Source of the DNA: Phoronis australis
Taxonomy: Eukaryota > Animalia > Phoronida
NCBI GenBank assembly: GCA_002633005.1
Contig: NMRA01000529.1
Location: forward strand, 1-64,000
Reading direction: 5' to 3'
DNA: 64,000 bases
This document shows positions 29,901 to 41,681 of this stretch, piece by piece. Under the pieces are notes generated by a model. It searched no databases and had not been told where the DNA came from. It was given only the letters and a program-made list of their open reading frames with translations. Within the stretch, counting starts at the first letter, position 1; each line of letters starts with the position of its first letter. Made by a program: the position numbers and the translations under genes.

Positions 29901-32900
29901 CGGAAAAAATGAAACTGCCACTAGGGGGCACAGCGTCCACCTGAAAGTCGTCATCTATTGTTAGCTTCCTACAAATACACTTACTAAATTTAATAAAGAT
30001 CCGTCAGTGGGTTTAGGAGATATAGCGATGGGCGCAAAACAAAACAAAACCACCACTAGGAGGCGACACAGTAGTCGACGTCGTCATCCTCAACTGTCCT
30101 CTACACGATGAGAAGATATACGCCAATTTCCAAAATCATTGTTAGATTGGTTTGGTTGATAGAGGGGTGGATGCCAAAAAATAGACTCGAAAACCGTAAA
30201 AATGGCCACTAGGTGACTCAAAATTCTCTCAAATCCATCTGAAAATGGTAGGATAGCGTCACTTCTCTGATACCTATACTACAAATTTTATGAAACTCCA
30301 CTGAGGACCTTTGAATATACAGAGATAAACGTAAACAACTACAATTGCCATTAGGGGGGACACTGGTGAAAAAAAATCTGAGCCAAAGTCACCGTCGTCG
30401 TCTGTTGTCAGCATCATATAAATGTACTTGCTAAATTTAGTAAAGATCCTGCAAACGGTTTAGAAGATACAGCCATGTACGCAAAAAAAAATGAAACTGA
30501 CACTAGGAGGTGCCACAGTAGTTGAAGGCATCGAAAAATCATCAGCCATCCTCTTCATAGTAAGAACATACATGCTTATTTTAACAAGCATCCTTGGAGC
30601 AGTTTGGTTGATAGAGGAGTGGACGCCAAAAAGCAGACTCGAAAACAGTAAAAATGGTCACTAGGTGCGCAAAATACCTCGACTCCATCTGAAAACACGA
30701 GTATAGCATCATCTCACTAATAGACGCCTATATCCTAAATTTTACAAAAATGTGTTGAGGACCTTAAGTTTAAAGATACAGACTGAGGTAAACGTAAAAA
30801 CTAAAATTGCCACTAGGGGGCGCACCAGTAGTCCCATCCCTGCGAAAGTAGTCATCGTCATTCGTTGTCAGCATCATATAAATACACTTGCTTAATTTAA
30901 TAAAGATCCTGCATAAGGTTCAGGAGCTACAGCCATGGACGCAAAAAAATAAAATAAAATAGTCACAGTAGTCGTAGACGTCGGAAAATCATCGTTAGCC
31001 ATACTTTTCATAGTAAGAACATACATGCAAATTTTAACGATCATCGTTAGAGCGGTTTGGTTATTAGAGAGGTGGCTGTTAAAAAACTCGAAAACAGTAA
31101 AAATGGCCACTAGGTAGCGTAAACTATGTCAAATCCATCCGAAAGCGAGAGGATATTGTCACCTCACTAATAGATGCCTATATTCCAAATTTTGTGAATG
31201 TTGAGGACCTCTGAATATACAGAGGTGAGGGTAAAAAACTAAAATTGCCACTAGGGGGCACACCTGTAGACAGAGAGATCTGAAATTTGCCGTCATCCGT
31301 CGTCAGCTTGATAGAAACACACCTACCATATCTCATCCAGATCCTGAGGGGATTAGGAGATACAGCTGTGGATGCTGGACGCCCAGACAGAGATGACAGC
31401 AATATGCGGCCACATATAAATATGTGGGCGCATAAAAATTAACACGAGAGGGGCTGGCACTGGGTGACTGACATTTGTATGTGTATCATTTATAATTATC
31501 TACCTCAACACTAACGTTAACATTTTTTATTGTTAATTATAGTTGAATGTCATTGCCACAACAAAATTGTTAACTATTTGTAATGTTATGTTTGAAGAAC
31601 AAAGTAATAATAATGATTACACTAAACTCTTTGGACTACAAACAGCATTACACTATAACAATCAATGACTACACTGTACAGTGATTGCATTTGTGGTTGT
31701 TTAACCAGACACACGTACTGATAACTATATTCCTGTTGGCTGTGTAGTCTACACCTATCCCCACTGGTAAGGTGTTGTTGTAATCGACATCCAGGGGAAA
31801 CTCGGCCCTCCCAGAGTCTTCCTGGCTCCATCGCTCCCACTGTGCCTGCAATATGATTGGTGAACTCTTCACCTTGAAAAGACACTATCATGGTAAATCT
31901 TCACGTATTTAGCACACAATACGGCCCAAAAGGTAAAGTTTCCACTATTTGTAGCAAAATAATTGACCATGCAAAAATGGAAAAAACGGCAATTTTGGCA
32001 ATTAAATTCGTGCATAATGAAGGATGACCAGAAAGCTGGTTTTGACATAGTAGCAGTGAATTAATGACGACTTCCCCTTACAGCTTTCTAAGACAAAATA
32101 AATGCTTTGTAACCATATTTGACTCTCAAACATTTGGAGCAAATTTTGAACACTCATAGAGATTGCTAAACGGGTAAGTGTGACCCAGGCTTTAGGTGAG
32201 TTACTATAATGGTAACTGTGGGGAAAGACCACCCACCAAGAACCATAATACCCTGTCCGTGACGTGAATGGTGCATTAACACCGAAACAGAACAAGGATT
32301 GGTTAAATGCAGCAAAACAGGATTTAATGTCCTTTTACTGTTCTTGCAAATTGGACATCAGTCATTAGATTTTAGCAAACTTCCATTCAGCCCTAACCAA
32401 TTACAATAGGCAATTAGTTTAAGTCTTTTAAACATTATTTCTCTGACATCATCAGTCTCTCATATTCTCTACAATGTAATGACATGTTTCACTGTCACAA
32501 CTCTTCAGGTGAAAACCCAGGTATGTCAACTTAGTCATGAGTAATTCCCGAGTATTCAGTTGGTCTGGATACTTTATGAATGCTCAAATAAAAATCTGTG
32601 ATGTAATTCTAGGTAGGGACAGAGAACAGAGTATGAAGAAAAAATTAAGTCAAATAGTGGAATATGAACACTTGAATTAGCAACGTTGCATCCGTCTGTC
32701 AGAGACACCAGCTTGGCTAGTGGCAGTGGTGCTACTAGTGGATCTACACCAGCTTGGATAGTGGCAGTGGTGCTACTAGTGGATCTACACCAGCTAGGCT
32801 AGTGGCAGTGGAGCTACTAGTGGATCTACACCAGCTAGGCTAGTGGCAGTGGTGCTACTAGTGGATCTACACCAGCTTGGCTAGTGCCAGTGGTGCTACT

Positions 32901-35900
32901 AGTAGAGCTACTCCACCTTGGCTAGTGCCAGTAGTGCTACTAGTGGATCTACACCACCTAGGCTAGTGGTGCTTCTATTGTTTTGACCAATAGGTGTAAC
33001 AGTTGCTTTAACAAGACAACGAGACACCGAGGTCAGGACACTATCCCATATGTGTGACAGTTGGAAATTTAATCTACATTGTTAAACAAATTCCAGTATT
33101 TGACATACTTTTTTCTGTATTTTGGTATCTCACCAGATGTCTCAAAACTTTCAAGCTTTGATCGGGAAGGGAGTCTGTTGAATATGTTTGAATCACCTGA
33201 CTCTGAGACACAAATTTCAGAAAACTTTGGGGAGGGCTCTCAAGCTGAACCCTAATTTAAAATTCACAAGGAAATATGAGTCAATGAAACCAGGAATGAA
33301 TGTAATAAGCATCGCGGTTAGTGAAACACTAAAGTTTTATCTTGTTTCATTTATAAAATCTAAAGTTCAGTTCTCAGCAATTTTTGAGAAAATGGATTAA
33401 TTTAATGCCTTTCACGCCTGGTGGCCATCTCCATAGTATATTATTCTTCATTGCCTAGCCATGATCTCAAATACAACACTAAACATCTAAACAACTGACT
33501 ATGCCAGTTCTTCCTCAATGACCTGTTACTCGGCCATATGGACGATTTATTATACAAAGCAAATAGGCAAGATGCATTAATGATCACTACCTGCACTTGT
33601 GCGTTTCTGCCAAACACAGCAATTTCAAGAGCATTAGCAGAACTGGTTAAAACAATGTCCCTACAAAAGCAAAACGGCAAATCAAAATAAACTGGGTTCA
33701 ACAAGTTTACATTACACTTTGGAATGTCCCAACAAAACTTCTTGTCATTTTTTACTAATGAATACATTTCTCGAAGAAAGAGAATCAAAGGAAACAATAA
33801 TCACCACCAATATACATGTAGTACCACAAACAATTTAACTGGAGTGTTTTAACAATGGCCCAATTATATTGCGATGGGGACTAAGTTCACAAAATGTGCA
33901 CACCCATCAGACATACAACTTACGTTACTTTATTGATTATTTTTTCCACCCCCCCTCCTGTGACTGCCAGTCCTTTTCCACTTCTCTACGGGGATAACAG
34001 GCGCTTAATTTTCAACTGTGTGCCAATGAAGCACTAACACAACATGTGATAACAAATTTTATAAATGATTAATCAGAATACTAAGCTCAAAAACACCATG
34101 CTTACTCACAAGATGGGTATCTGATACAAGCAGTACTTAGTGACTGATAAACTTAACCTCACTTGGCTGCCAATTAAACATTAGGTACATACTAAGCCTT
34201 ACAAACAATGCTCTCACTCACCAAATGGGAATGTGCTGAAAGTAATACTTTGGAGGTCGGTCTGCCCCATTGCCATAACAGACATCTTCAAAGTTGACAA
34301 GCATTGGTGGCTGATCTTTCTACAATTAGAGTAACAAGGGAATGAACAACAGAAGCTAAGAATGGAGGTTCATAATTAAGGTTTTTTAACTGGGAACACA
34401 TGACGTTCAAGCACTCCAGCAATAACCAAGCGAACGTTCAACGTTCATTGTTTTCAAGCCCAGGAGCTACTTCTCTCTGAGAACAATTTCATAACCGGTA
34501 ATTGGTCAAAATCAAACATTCACTTCTTCGACAGAACAGTTTTACAAAAGTTTTCGAGTTCAAGTTTCTTGAAAACCATGCATCAACATGCTTTATGGAT
34601 CCCTCAGCCAAGATAAGCACTACTTGTACAAAATTTCAGCAAATTGTGTGGAAGAGAAATGAATGTTCAAAACTACCAATAAAGGCGTTGGAAATCACAA
34701 GACTAAAAATGGCCAATGGACATCTACCACACAGTTGAAATCGGCTGGGTCGCTTCAAGCAACTTGCATTATTTGGTATAAAAACAATATATCTAAAAAA
34801 ATGGTAAAACTGACAACGAAAAATCTAGATTTGACTAATAATTTAATGTGCAAATATCAATTTTTTGAAAAACATTTCCACAAATGTTGACAAATTACCT
34901 GCCAACTGTTTCAAGGTTAAGAGGTAAATTAAGACAGTCCCAATCATTAGATCGGCAACATAACACACTAGACACAGTGACCAAAACACACTGCCTACCT
35001 TGGTGTGTATAATATAGATCTCTGGCTGCTTCTCAGGATCGGTGGGTTCTGACTGGATGGCAGCGAAGAAAGTGCTGGTCGAGTGCCAGAACACATCCAA
35101 CACTAAAGCAGGAAGAAGGTAGCATTTTCCTTTTTACTTATTTTCCCTATCAGATAAGCAAGGACATGGGTATGGGACTCCCTTGTTTTACTTTACAGTC
35201 AGTTTGTACAGGACTTAACTAAAGTTTTGATAAACAATAATATGTAAAAAGAATAGTAGAAGACTTTGTATTATAGGGAGGGAGTGAAGGAGGGAGGGAN
35301 AACTGTTTCAAGGTTAAGAGGTAAATTAAGACAGTCCCAATCATTAGATCGGCAACATAACACACTAGACACAGTGACCAAAACACACTGCCTACCTTGG
35401 TGTGTATAATATAGATCTCTGGCTGCTTCTCAGGATCGGTGGGTTCTGACTGGATGGCAGCGAAGAAAGTGCTGGTCGAGTGCCAGAACACATCCAACAC
35501 TAAAGCAGGAAGAAGGTAGCATTTTCCTTTTTACTTATTTTCCCTATCAGATAAGCAAGGACATGGGTATGGGACTCCCTTGTTTTACTTTACAGTCAGT
35601 TTGTACAGGACTTAACTAAAGTTTTGATAAACAATAATATGTAAAAAGAATAGTAGAAGACTTTGTATTATAGGGAGGGAGGGAGGGAGGGAGGGAGGGA
35701 GGGTTATTTAATACTTCATTATTGATAACCTATTTGAAGTTTTTCAAAATAACGTATTTCTCAGAAAGTAACACAGACTCTAGTTCTTTTCTCAAATTAT
35801 AGGTAAATTTAGAAGTTTAAATACATTTCAGATGACGTCATACACAATTCAGTAGAGCTACCACAAACACCTCTTGCAGCACGCCTCTATTCTTCCCAAT

Positions 35901-38900
35901 GACTCATAACCACGTAAGAAACATTTTTACAGTGAGTGTTGGGGCACTGGTAGATAAATTCAAGGGCCTGTGTATTATACAATGAATATAACTCTCAATA
36001 CCCATCTTTCCTTTTTTCATTTAGTTATATTAGGTGAAACAGCATTTTCAGGTGTTCAGTTTTCAAAAAGATAAAGAAGCAGACACAGATACATGGGCTC
36101 AAATAATAAAAATGGTAGCACAGAATACATCAAACCTGACCAACAATGGAAAGATGATATCACCTTTAATGAGTTCCTAATAAGAACCAATCGGCCAAAT
36201 TTCAAGAAAATCCATCAATGAAGCTGTAGACATAAAAAATGACACTGGGGGTTGCCCGATTGAATGACCCCACCCGAAAATCAATGGGCGCATAATATGA
36301 ACTTAGTGTTAGTCTAATAAATCTGTACGCTTTGCTAGTTGTACCTTTGGACTCAGTCAGTGGAGTGACAGTGTGTTTGGCCAGCTTAACCTCCTGGTTG
36401 TACTGCCTCAGGCTTCCTGCACAGTCACCTGCCACCAGCTGTTTACCCTTGGGACTCCAACACACTGAAACAAACAGTAACCCATCAATTATAAACAAGA
36501 GATGTGTTGTGTAATGCTTTAACAGTGACACGAAAATATGAAGAAATATGTCAAGAATACACTTGAGTGTTATAAAATACTTTCAATTGATGACACACTG
36601 AAAAAACAATGGCATGACAGTCCTAGGAAACATGTCAAACAAAGCATTGTTATGATGGCCACATACTACTGGATGTTATGGAGTTCAACAGGTGAAACAA
36701 GAAGTAGCACAACCATCATTGGTAAAGCATCAAAGTTAACATAAAATGCACTGACGGACATATGTTAAGAATAAACGCAGCCACTTGAGTGTTATATAAG
36801 GTTTGATGATCACCAATGGAGTTTCAACAGTGAAACTATGAGTGAAATAAGAATCCCCAGAAAGGAGCAAAACATTGCTTTTGCAGTTCCACTATCATCT
36901 AAGGATACCAAACGAGTCTCATTTTCGTTTAAACATCACCATAAGAATTCCAACCAGCAAAGTCTCCAAGTATGAAGAGTTTTGACAACATTTCATTTTG
37001 ATAAGAACAATCAGTGTTTAGTCAGAGAGTTTCCATGGAAACTTCAATGAGCTTGGTCGAAAATTTGTTGACCTTTACGAAAGCTAAGGAGAAAAGCGAC
37101 ACCAGATTTAACGTCAACTAAATAACATCAGCATTGAATCAAGACTTACCACACGTGTGCTTTATGGTTTTCCCACCAGCAGAACCAACGATGTGTAGTC
37201 TAGACTCTTTTACATTTATAAATACAAGCTTTCCGTCCGACATACAGTACGCCATCAGTGTTGGCACGGCAGGGTTCCACGCAAGCCCGGTAAGAGTGTC
37301 ACCGGGATTACTCGAAAGAGGAAACTCCAAGAAGGGTTCAGCAGCAGCCTAGGACAAACAAACAGTAACTCCTATCCCATCATTTATGTCAAGCAAATTA
37401 ATTTTGATTCTATTATCATTGAAATCCAATGATAGCAACAGGCTTTTGCTAAGCCATATTCTTCAGACAGGCCTTTTGATCAAACGCAACACACAAGGCA
37501 CTAATCACGCACACGTACTAATGGGCTGAATGAAGTTATGTCAAGTCAACACAATCTTCATGTTACACCAACACGGCTTGGAATGACTAATTACAAAAAG
37601 AGGAAAATTCTCCATATGGTGTATAGTTCCACAAATAAATAGGCTTGTGTGATAGAAATATTGTTTGTGTTGTAAAATTTAACGGAAATAAACGTTTTTG
37701 CATGAATAAAGTCATAGCAATGATAAAAAGAGACGAAGAAAGAGACGAAAAAAGAGTAAACTGGAAATCAAATAAACAGGAAATCGGAACCAAAAGAGAG
37801 GAAAAATACTCTTTAAAAGAGGAAAATTCCAAGCCCCGAACCAATGAAATAAAACTTACAGACTGACCTAAAAACAACATTCCCAGCACTAATCTCGCCT
37901 TCAACTCAAATACAACACTACTGTAATTTCGCACAAAAACAATTGCCCCAAATGTCATTTCTCTGTTATTCAAAGCTGATTATAAACTCTACTAAATGTT
38001 GTTTCATGACATCAGCAAAATACAAACAAACCTAACAACACACTAAAATTTTTGTCAATACTGACAAAATAAAGTAATTCAGTGGTCCACCATTTTGTGT
38101 GCTAAACAGGCGAAGAGTTGCCACGATATTAAAGCTCTTTTAAACCACGCATTACAGCCAAGGCACAATTTAAGTTTCTCAAAACTGGCGAGGGTATTCC
38201 AACACCTGAAGTTGTGGTTTGAACAATGGAGAGTGGAAGTCATACATGAGTTGTTACAAAGGGCAACCTCTAGCAGCTGCTGCCACCTATGTAGAGATGA
38301 GGTAAACCACAATAAAGCAGAAACATTATATACCAGTGCGATTTTCTATGGCCTTACCTCATTAGCTAACGCCCCTAAATCATATAGAAGCAAAAAGGCA
38401 CATTGGTTGTGTACAGTAGCCACGGACACAATAGTCTGGTCACCATTGATGGAAACATGGGTCGGTGGTGAGCGGGTGGCGATCTTTGAATGTACCGGGT
38501 AGTTATCAAGGACTTCTTTCACATTCGTTGCGTCATGCTGATCGCTAGCAAACTGCTCAAGATCAGTCGTTTTAAGTACAGTAACGCCTGTAAAAATAGA
38601 AAAAGCTTAAAAGTATATTGTAATGAATTGCTCATTGGCACAAGGTGAATTCATTGATCAAACCAGTTTTCAACAAAAACAAAAATTCATATCCACTTGA
38701 TCTCTCCCGGCAGTAACCGTCAAACTAAACTAGACAATTGCCAAACTTTGACATAGTTCTGATGGACAAAGTTGCACATCTGATAAGAATTTGTTTTCCA
38801 TTTAAGTTCGACAAAATATCAGAAAGCTTTATTCCTGAATAGTTTCCTGGCTTACAAACTTACTGGTAAAAGTTTGGCAACAGTTATTATTTATTGCACA

Positions 38901-41523
38901 ACTAAAGTTCGAAATGATTGCTAGGTTATTTTGAGATAAAATTTGTCAAAATATGCTTGGTCTTGTCTCCAAACAACTGGTGTACAGACTGATACAGTAA
39001 GCACACTTCATTGGTGACTATACCTGTATCTGTTCCAACAAACACCAGTCCATACGTCGATGCTACAGACAACAGCTGTGTGTAGCTCCCGCTCTTGAGA
39101 TCTTCAGTGATCCGCAGTTGACAGAGCAATTTGAAATAGAAATCCTGCAGAGAATCGAGTAAAACTATGAAGAATCTGTATTGAATGATTGAAACTTTTG
39201 GTAGATTACTTAAATGAGACAGTGCATAACTCATTTGGCCATAGGGCAATAATTACTGTTTGCTCACTTGGTTAAGATGATCAATTCTTGAGCTGCAGAT
39301 TGGGGATTTCATTCTTGCCAAGGACTGCCATGTAATCAGGGCACTTGAATCTTCTGCAGAATTTTTTGGTCAAGTAGAAATCCCCCACCCCTAATGACGA
39401 CCAGTTCCACACGCGGTCACCAGCTCTCACCAGCAAAGTCTCAAGTAACCAAAGTATTGAAGTGATGTATGGAGTTGTTGAGGGTAATTTTGTGTAATCT
39501 CGAAATATTTTTCATAGAGGGATCGGGTCATTATTTCGCCCCAAAATTGAAGCACTGAGGGCCATGCTTATTTATGATTTTAAAACATTGCCTACCAACA
39601 ACTGTCCAGGAGATGGAAGGAGAGGGGCCGACCTGATGGTTAATGGAATTTACCTGGAATTATTCTAGGAAATGTGAAGTACTCCGATACAACAGCCAAG
39701 GTGAAATTTCTGCCACATAGATATATTTGTGACCTTAAATAATGGTCCACCAGGGTTTAAGAAATATATTTTAAATCCGAAATGTTATGCAGCAAATTGA
39801 TGAGAGACCGAGAACAATTAGGAAACTCCCTTTGGATTAAAAGCAGTTACATTTTATCTTCTACAGGTTTAGATTTAGTAAAAATAAGACCTAAGGTTAT
39901 TTGTATTGGCTGAAAAATGTAATTTCAAGGGTGTGACGGATGTACAAATTTGCCCTGCAACTGTAGCACAATTTCTGACTTAACAAATAATCCCGGGGAT
40001 CTAAAATTTTGGTCAATAGCATTGAGTAGCAAGTTACAAGAGAACCTGAAATTATTTTAAGTTTGATTAAAAACTTTTATTGCAACTAAACTTTTTACCT
40101 CTTTTTTGAGACGGACGAACAGCACTACTTGATGTCAAGGAGTTGGATTTTTACCTCAAGAGGTCGATAACATGTTGCATTTGCAATATTATTTTCATAT
40201 AAAATTTGGGATTCATGTTATTGCACAAATTTGATAATATTGTAAAACATTTTTTTAGGGTCATAGTGCCCTCCCCCCCCTCCAAAATGATTCCGCTTTA
40301 TTTCAATTGTAATGTAGGAAAACATGGGACCTGAAACTAGAGCCAACTAGAAATGTTAAAGTAGTCACAATTTTAATGTTTTGTGTCCAGGTTGACCATT
40401 TCACAGAAATGCCCCTATAATAATTTCCTGAAGTAATAAGAACCATAACCATAAAAGGAGTTTAAATTCAATGTCTGGATATACTTCATCGACTAAATAT
40501 AATTGATGAAACCTTATCTCTAACATGGCCTGAACAGAGCCCAATGACTCGGAACTGAGAGTGTCCAAAAATATACACCCGAATAGTGATTTTTGGCTAT
40601 AATTTTCTAAAAATTATCAGAACAAAACTTCTACCATGAAAGATTATTTTCTTTGGATTTGTCGGATTCAAATAGTGGAACCATTAGTGCCGTAGGTTCG
40701 ATTACTAGTCAGGAAACTTATAAATTTAATTATCACGCCTAATTCAATTTCATGACATTCCACGAACACTGTCTGTATACACAGTGAGTTTAAGTTGTAA
40801 CAAACAGGGCACTTGTCGGATATGCTGTAACAGTCCCTGATTTAGAGAACCAGTTTCATTCACTAGTAACGGGCCCGTTGTGCTGTATGTGAACTTGGAA
40901 TCCTGCTTAATCTCAAGATTAAGCGGAAGTGAGTGTTGCGTGAACTTGCAACTTGACAAGTTCACTCAAATAATCACGTTCATGTTCATAAAAATTTGCA
41001 CTGCACTAAATCAACTTACATTTGAAATAAATAATGTCAATTTTAACCAACTTTTTCAACTACTAGCGATCAGTTTCACCAAACAACAATTGATTTAGCC
41101 ATTCACATATTCCTTAGCCTTAGGACCTTAGGTTCCAGTGACACAAATTACGGTAAATGAGAAAATGGTTGATCGCGAGGTCAATAATTATACATTGAAA
41201 AAAATCTTTTCACCAAACAAAATTTCACCTTTTTGCCTGGTTCTCTAAATCATTGACGGCTATATCCGACCACCCCGTCCAGTGCCCAGCAACACTACCA
41301 GTAACACACACTGACACAGTCAGTGCCACAGACTGGCAGTGGCACTGATAGGCAATGACCATCGCCTCTGTTGGCCCGAAGCAGAGGCGATGGTCATTGC
41401 CTATGGCACTGACTGATTCTCGAGTTGTTGAGCAGGATCAGTTTCTGCCAAAGTCTACAGTCAATACAATACCTTGACCTCCCTCTCTTCCGGCGGATGT
41501 GCTGAAGGGTTGTTCATGGTCAT
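5964..41523 (-). CDS. NUP214: Nucleoporin NUP214 (beta-propeller, coiled coil, FG repeats), ~1940 aa, 29 exons
   Basis: Phase-consistent GT-AG exons: 41473-41523, 39024-39144, 38358-38587, 37150-37348, 36345-36464, 35396-35499 (duplicate at 34999-35102), 34222-34319, 33591-33660, 31719-31845, 29036-29128, 26433-26527, 25303-25360, 24024-24622, 23265-23414, 22586-22718, 21770-21893, 21112-21297, 20035-20195, 19535-19678, 19076-19123, 18273-18371, 16559-16786, 15370-15477, 13325-15199, 12664-12786, 10385-10522, 10019-10190, 8439-8576, 5964-5997. Diagnostic motifs: PEEREVKDFYF, VCWSPKGKQLVAG, VLDVFW, RAEFP, LSTEGVL, SPAKQAKLRQFL, GLFGGLGGKPS, C-terminal FG repeats. Small exons may have been missed, including in the gap. 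Confidence 0.95.
6094..7277. mobile_element. Degenerate TIR element (Harbinger-like ends) containing a ~150-bp-unit repeat relic
   Basis: GGGCTGTTTCA..TATGGGAGGGGGGAAGGCA at the left end is inverted at the right end (TGCCTTCCCCCTCCCATA..TGGAACAGTCC). No clean TSD. Confidence 0.45.
8636..8989. repeat. Minisatellite, 43-bp unit, ~8 copies
   Basis: GGCAGGTACACATGCCATGGAAATATACTGGACTTTGTTTAAT repeated with no spacers; ends at an N (8990). Confidence 0.95.
11295..11665. repeat. Minisatellite, ~41-43-bp unit, ~9 copies
   Basis: GCCATCACTGTGAAGACAGAATACAACAGTCAGTGTA(ATA/TACA)G in tandem. Confidence 0.93.
11857..12060. repeat. ~96-bp tandem duplication
   Basis: ATGGTGTGAA..AGGGGTATCAACCATTTGG..TTCCAGTAGCA occurs twice. 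Confidence 0.9.
13325..15199 (-). CDS. NUP214: NUP214 large Ser/Thr-rich FG-repeat exon (1875 nt)
   Basis: Covers the 595-aa ORF with many FGQ/FGK repeats. Acceptor at 15200-15201 and donor GTATGT at 13324; phase 1/1. Confidence 0.93.
15947..16042. repeat. 31-bp unit x3
   Basis: ACTAATTGCTCCTTACTCTTGACCACAGTAC repeated. Confidence 0.9.
18059..18178. repeat. 29-bp unit x4
   Basis: ACAAGGAGCCGATGGGATGCTGACTGATT repeated. Confidence 0.9.
22840..22996. repeat. 48-bp unit x3, related to the start of the adjacent NUP214 exon
   Basis: TTTAAGTTGGTGAATGCACCTGAGGATGTGGCCTGTAGGTCTGGCTAG; shares AGTTGGTGAAT (IHQLK on the - strand) with exon 22586-22718. Confidence 0.9.
25949..26288. repeat. Palindromic minisatellite, 31-bp unit, ~11 copies
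   Basis: GATTCTCCTCACTGTCTGACAGTCATGAGGT in tandem; each unit contains the inverted repeat CTCACTGTC-T-GACAGT(C/G)ATGAG. Confidence 0.95.
27173..28653 (-). mobile_element. Helentron-associated non-autonomous element (HINE/DINE-1-like), copy 1, spans N-gap
   Basis: Sub-terminal IRs ATGCGCCC/GGGCGCAT, hairpin GCGTCCACATATAAATATGTGGGCGC, (GGAC)n microsatellite, and stem-loop CAACGCGGAGCGTTG next to AAACAAGAG. Confidence 0.7.
28679..29092. repeat. ~88-bp tandem repeat x5 made of the 3' half of a NUP214 exon plus its donor
   Basis: TTACCTTCTTGTGT..AACATGGTACATCAGTAGAACGCCCTCTGTGGACAACAT at 28679, 28766, 28855, 28949 and 29032 (the real exon). Confidence 0.92.
29694..31438 (-). mobile_element. 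HINE/DINE-1-like element, copy 2, with an internal ~150-bp satellite array
   Basis: Same ends as copy 1 (ACAAGAGCAACGCAGAGCGTTGAAATGCGCCC ... CCACATATAAATATGTGGGCGCATAAAAA). The interior has ~11 diverged units, most containing CCACTAGRNGGC. Confidence 0.8.
32706..32968. repeat. 41-bp unit x6
   Basis: CACCAGCTTGGCTAGTGGCAGTGGTGCTACTAGTGGATCTA in tandem. Confidence 0.92.
34904..35700. repeat. 397-bp near-identical tandem duplication including a NUP214 exon (probable assembly artefact)
   Basis: 34904-35299 is repeated from 35301. The junction is a single N (35300) right after a (GGGA)n tract. Confidence 0.85.
41349..41403. mobile_element. 55-bp minimal MULE-like element with 9-bp TSD
   Basis: TAGGCAATGACCATCGCCTCTG-11 nt-CAGAGGCGATGGTCATTGCCTA flanked by TGGCACTGA at 41340-41348 and 41404-41412. 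The terminus is the same as that of the element at 60575. Confidence 0.85.
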
Positions 41524-41681
41524 TCCTGACAAAACAATGACACAAACAAGTAGAAGAGAAAGAGGTTTCGGTTTTCGAGAAATCACTTTCCGAGCGCTAT
41601 GAAACGTACTTCCGGGTTTTCTGTCAATAGGAGGCGCTAGTTGCTTCATAAACAATCGCATAGGGGCAAACTCCGGTGATC
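41524..41681. promoter_or_regulatory. Candidate bidirectional promoter between NUP214 and the BCL10-like gene
   Basis: Divergent ATGs 158 bp apart in a CpG-richer patch. ETS-type motif ACTTCCGG at 41608-41615 and a CTCF-like CAATAGGAGGCGC near 41625. Confidence 0.65.

Noticed and set aside
34904-35700. Apparent duplicated or mutually exclusive NUP214 exon (VLDVFW...)
   Set aside because: The copies are essentially identical, including intron sequence, and are joined by a single N at a (GGGA)n tract. Including both would frameshift. Most likely overlapping contig ends.
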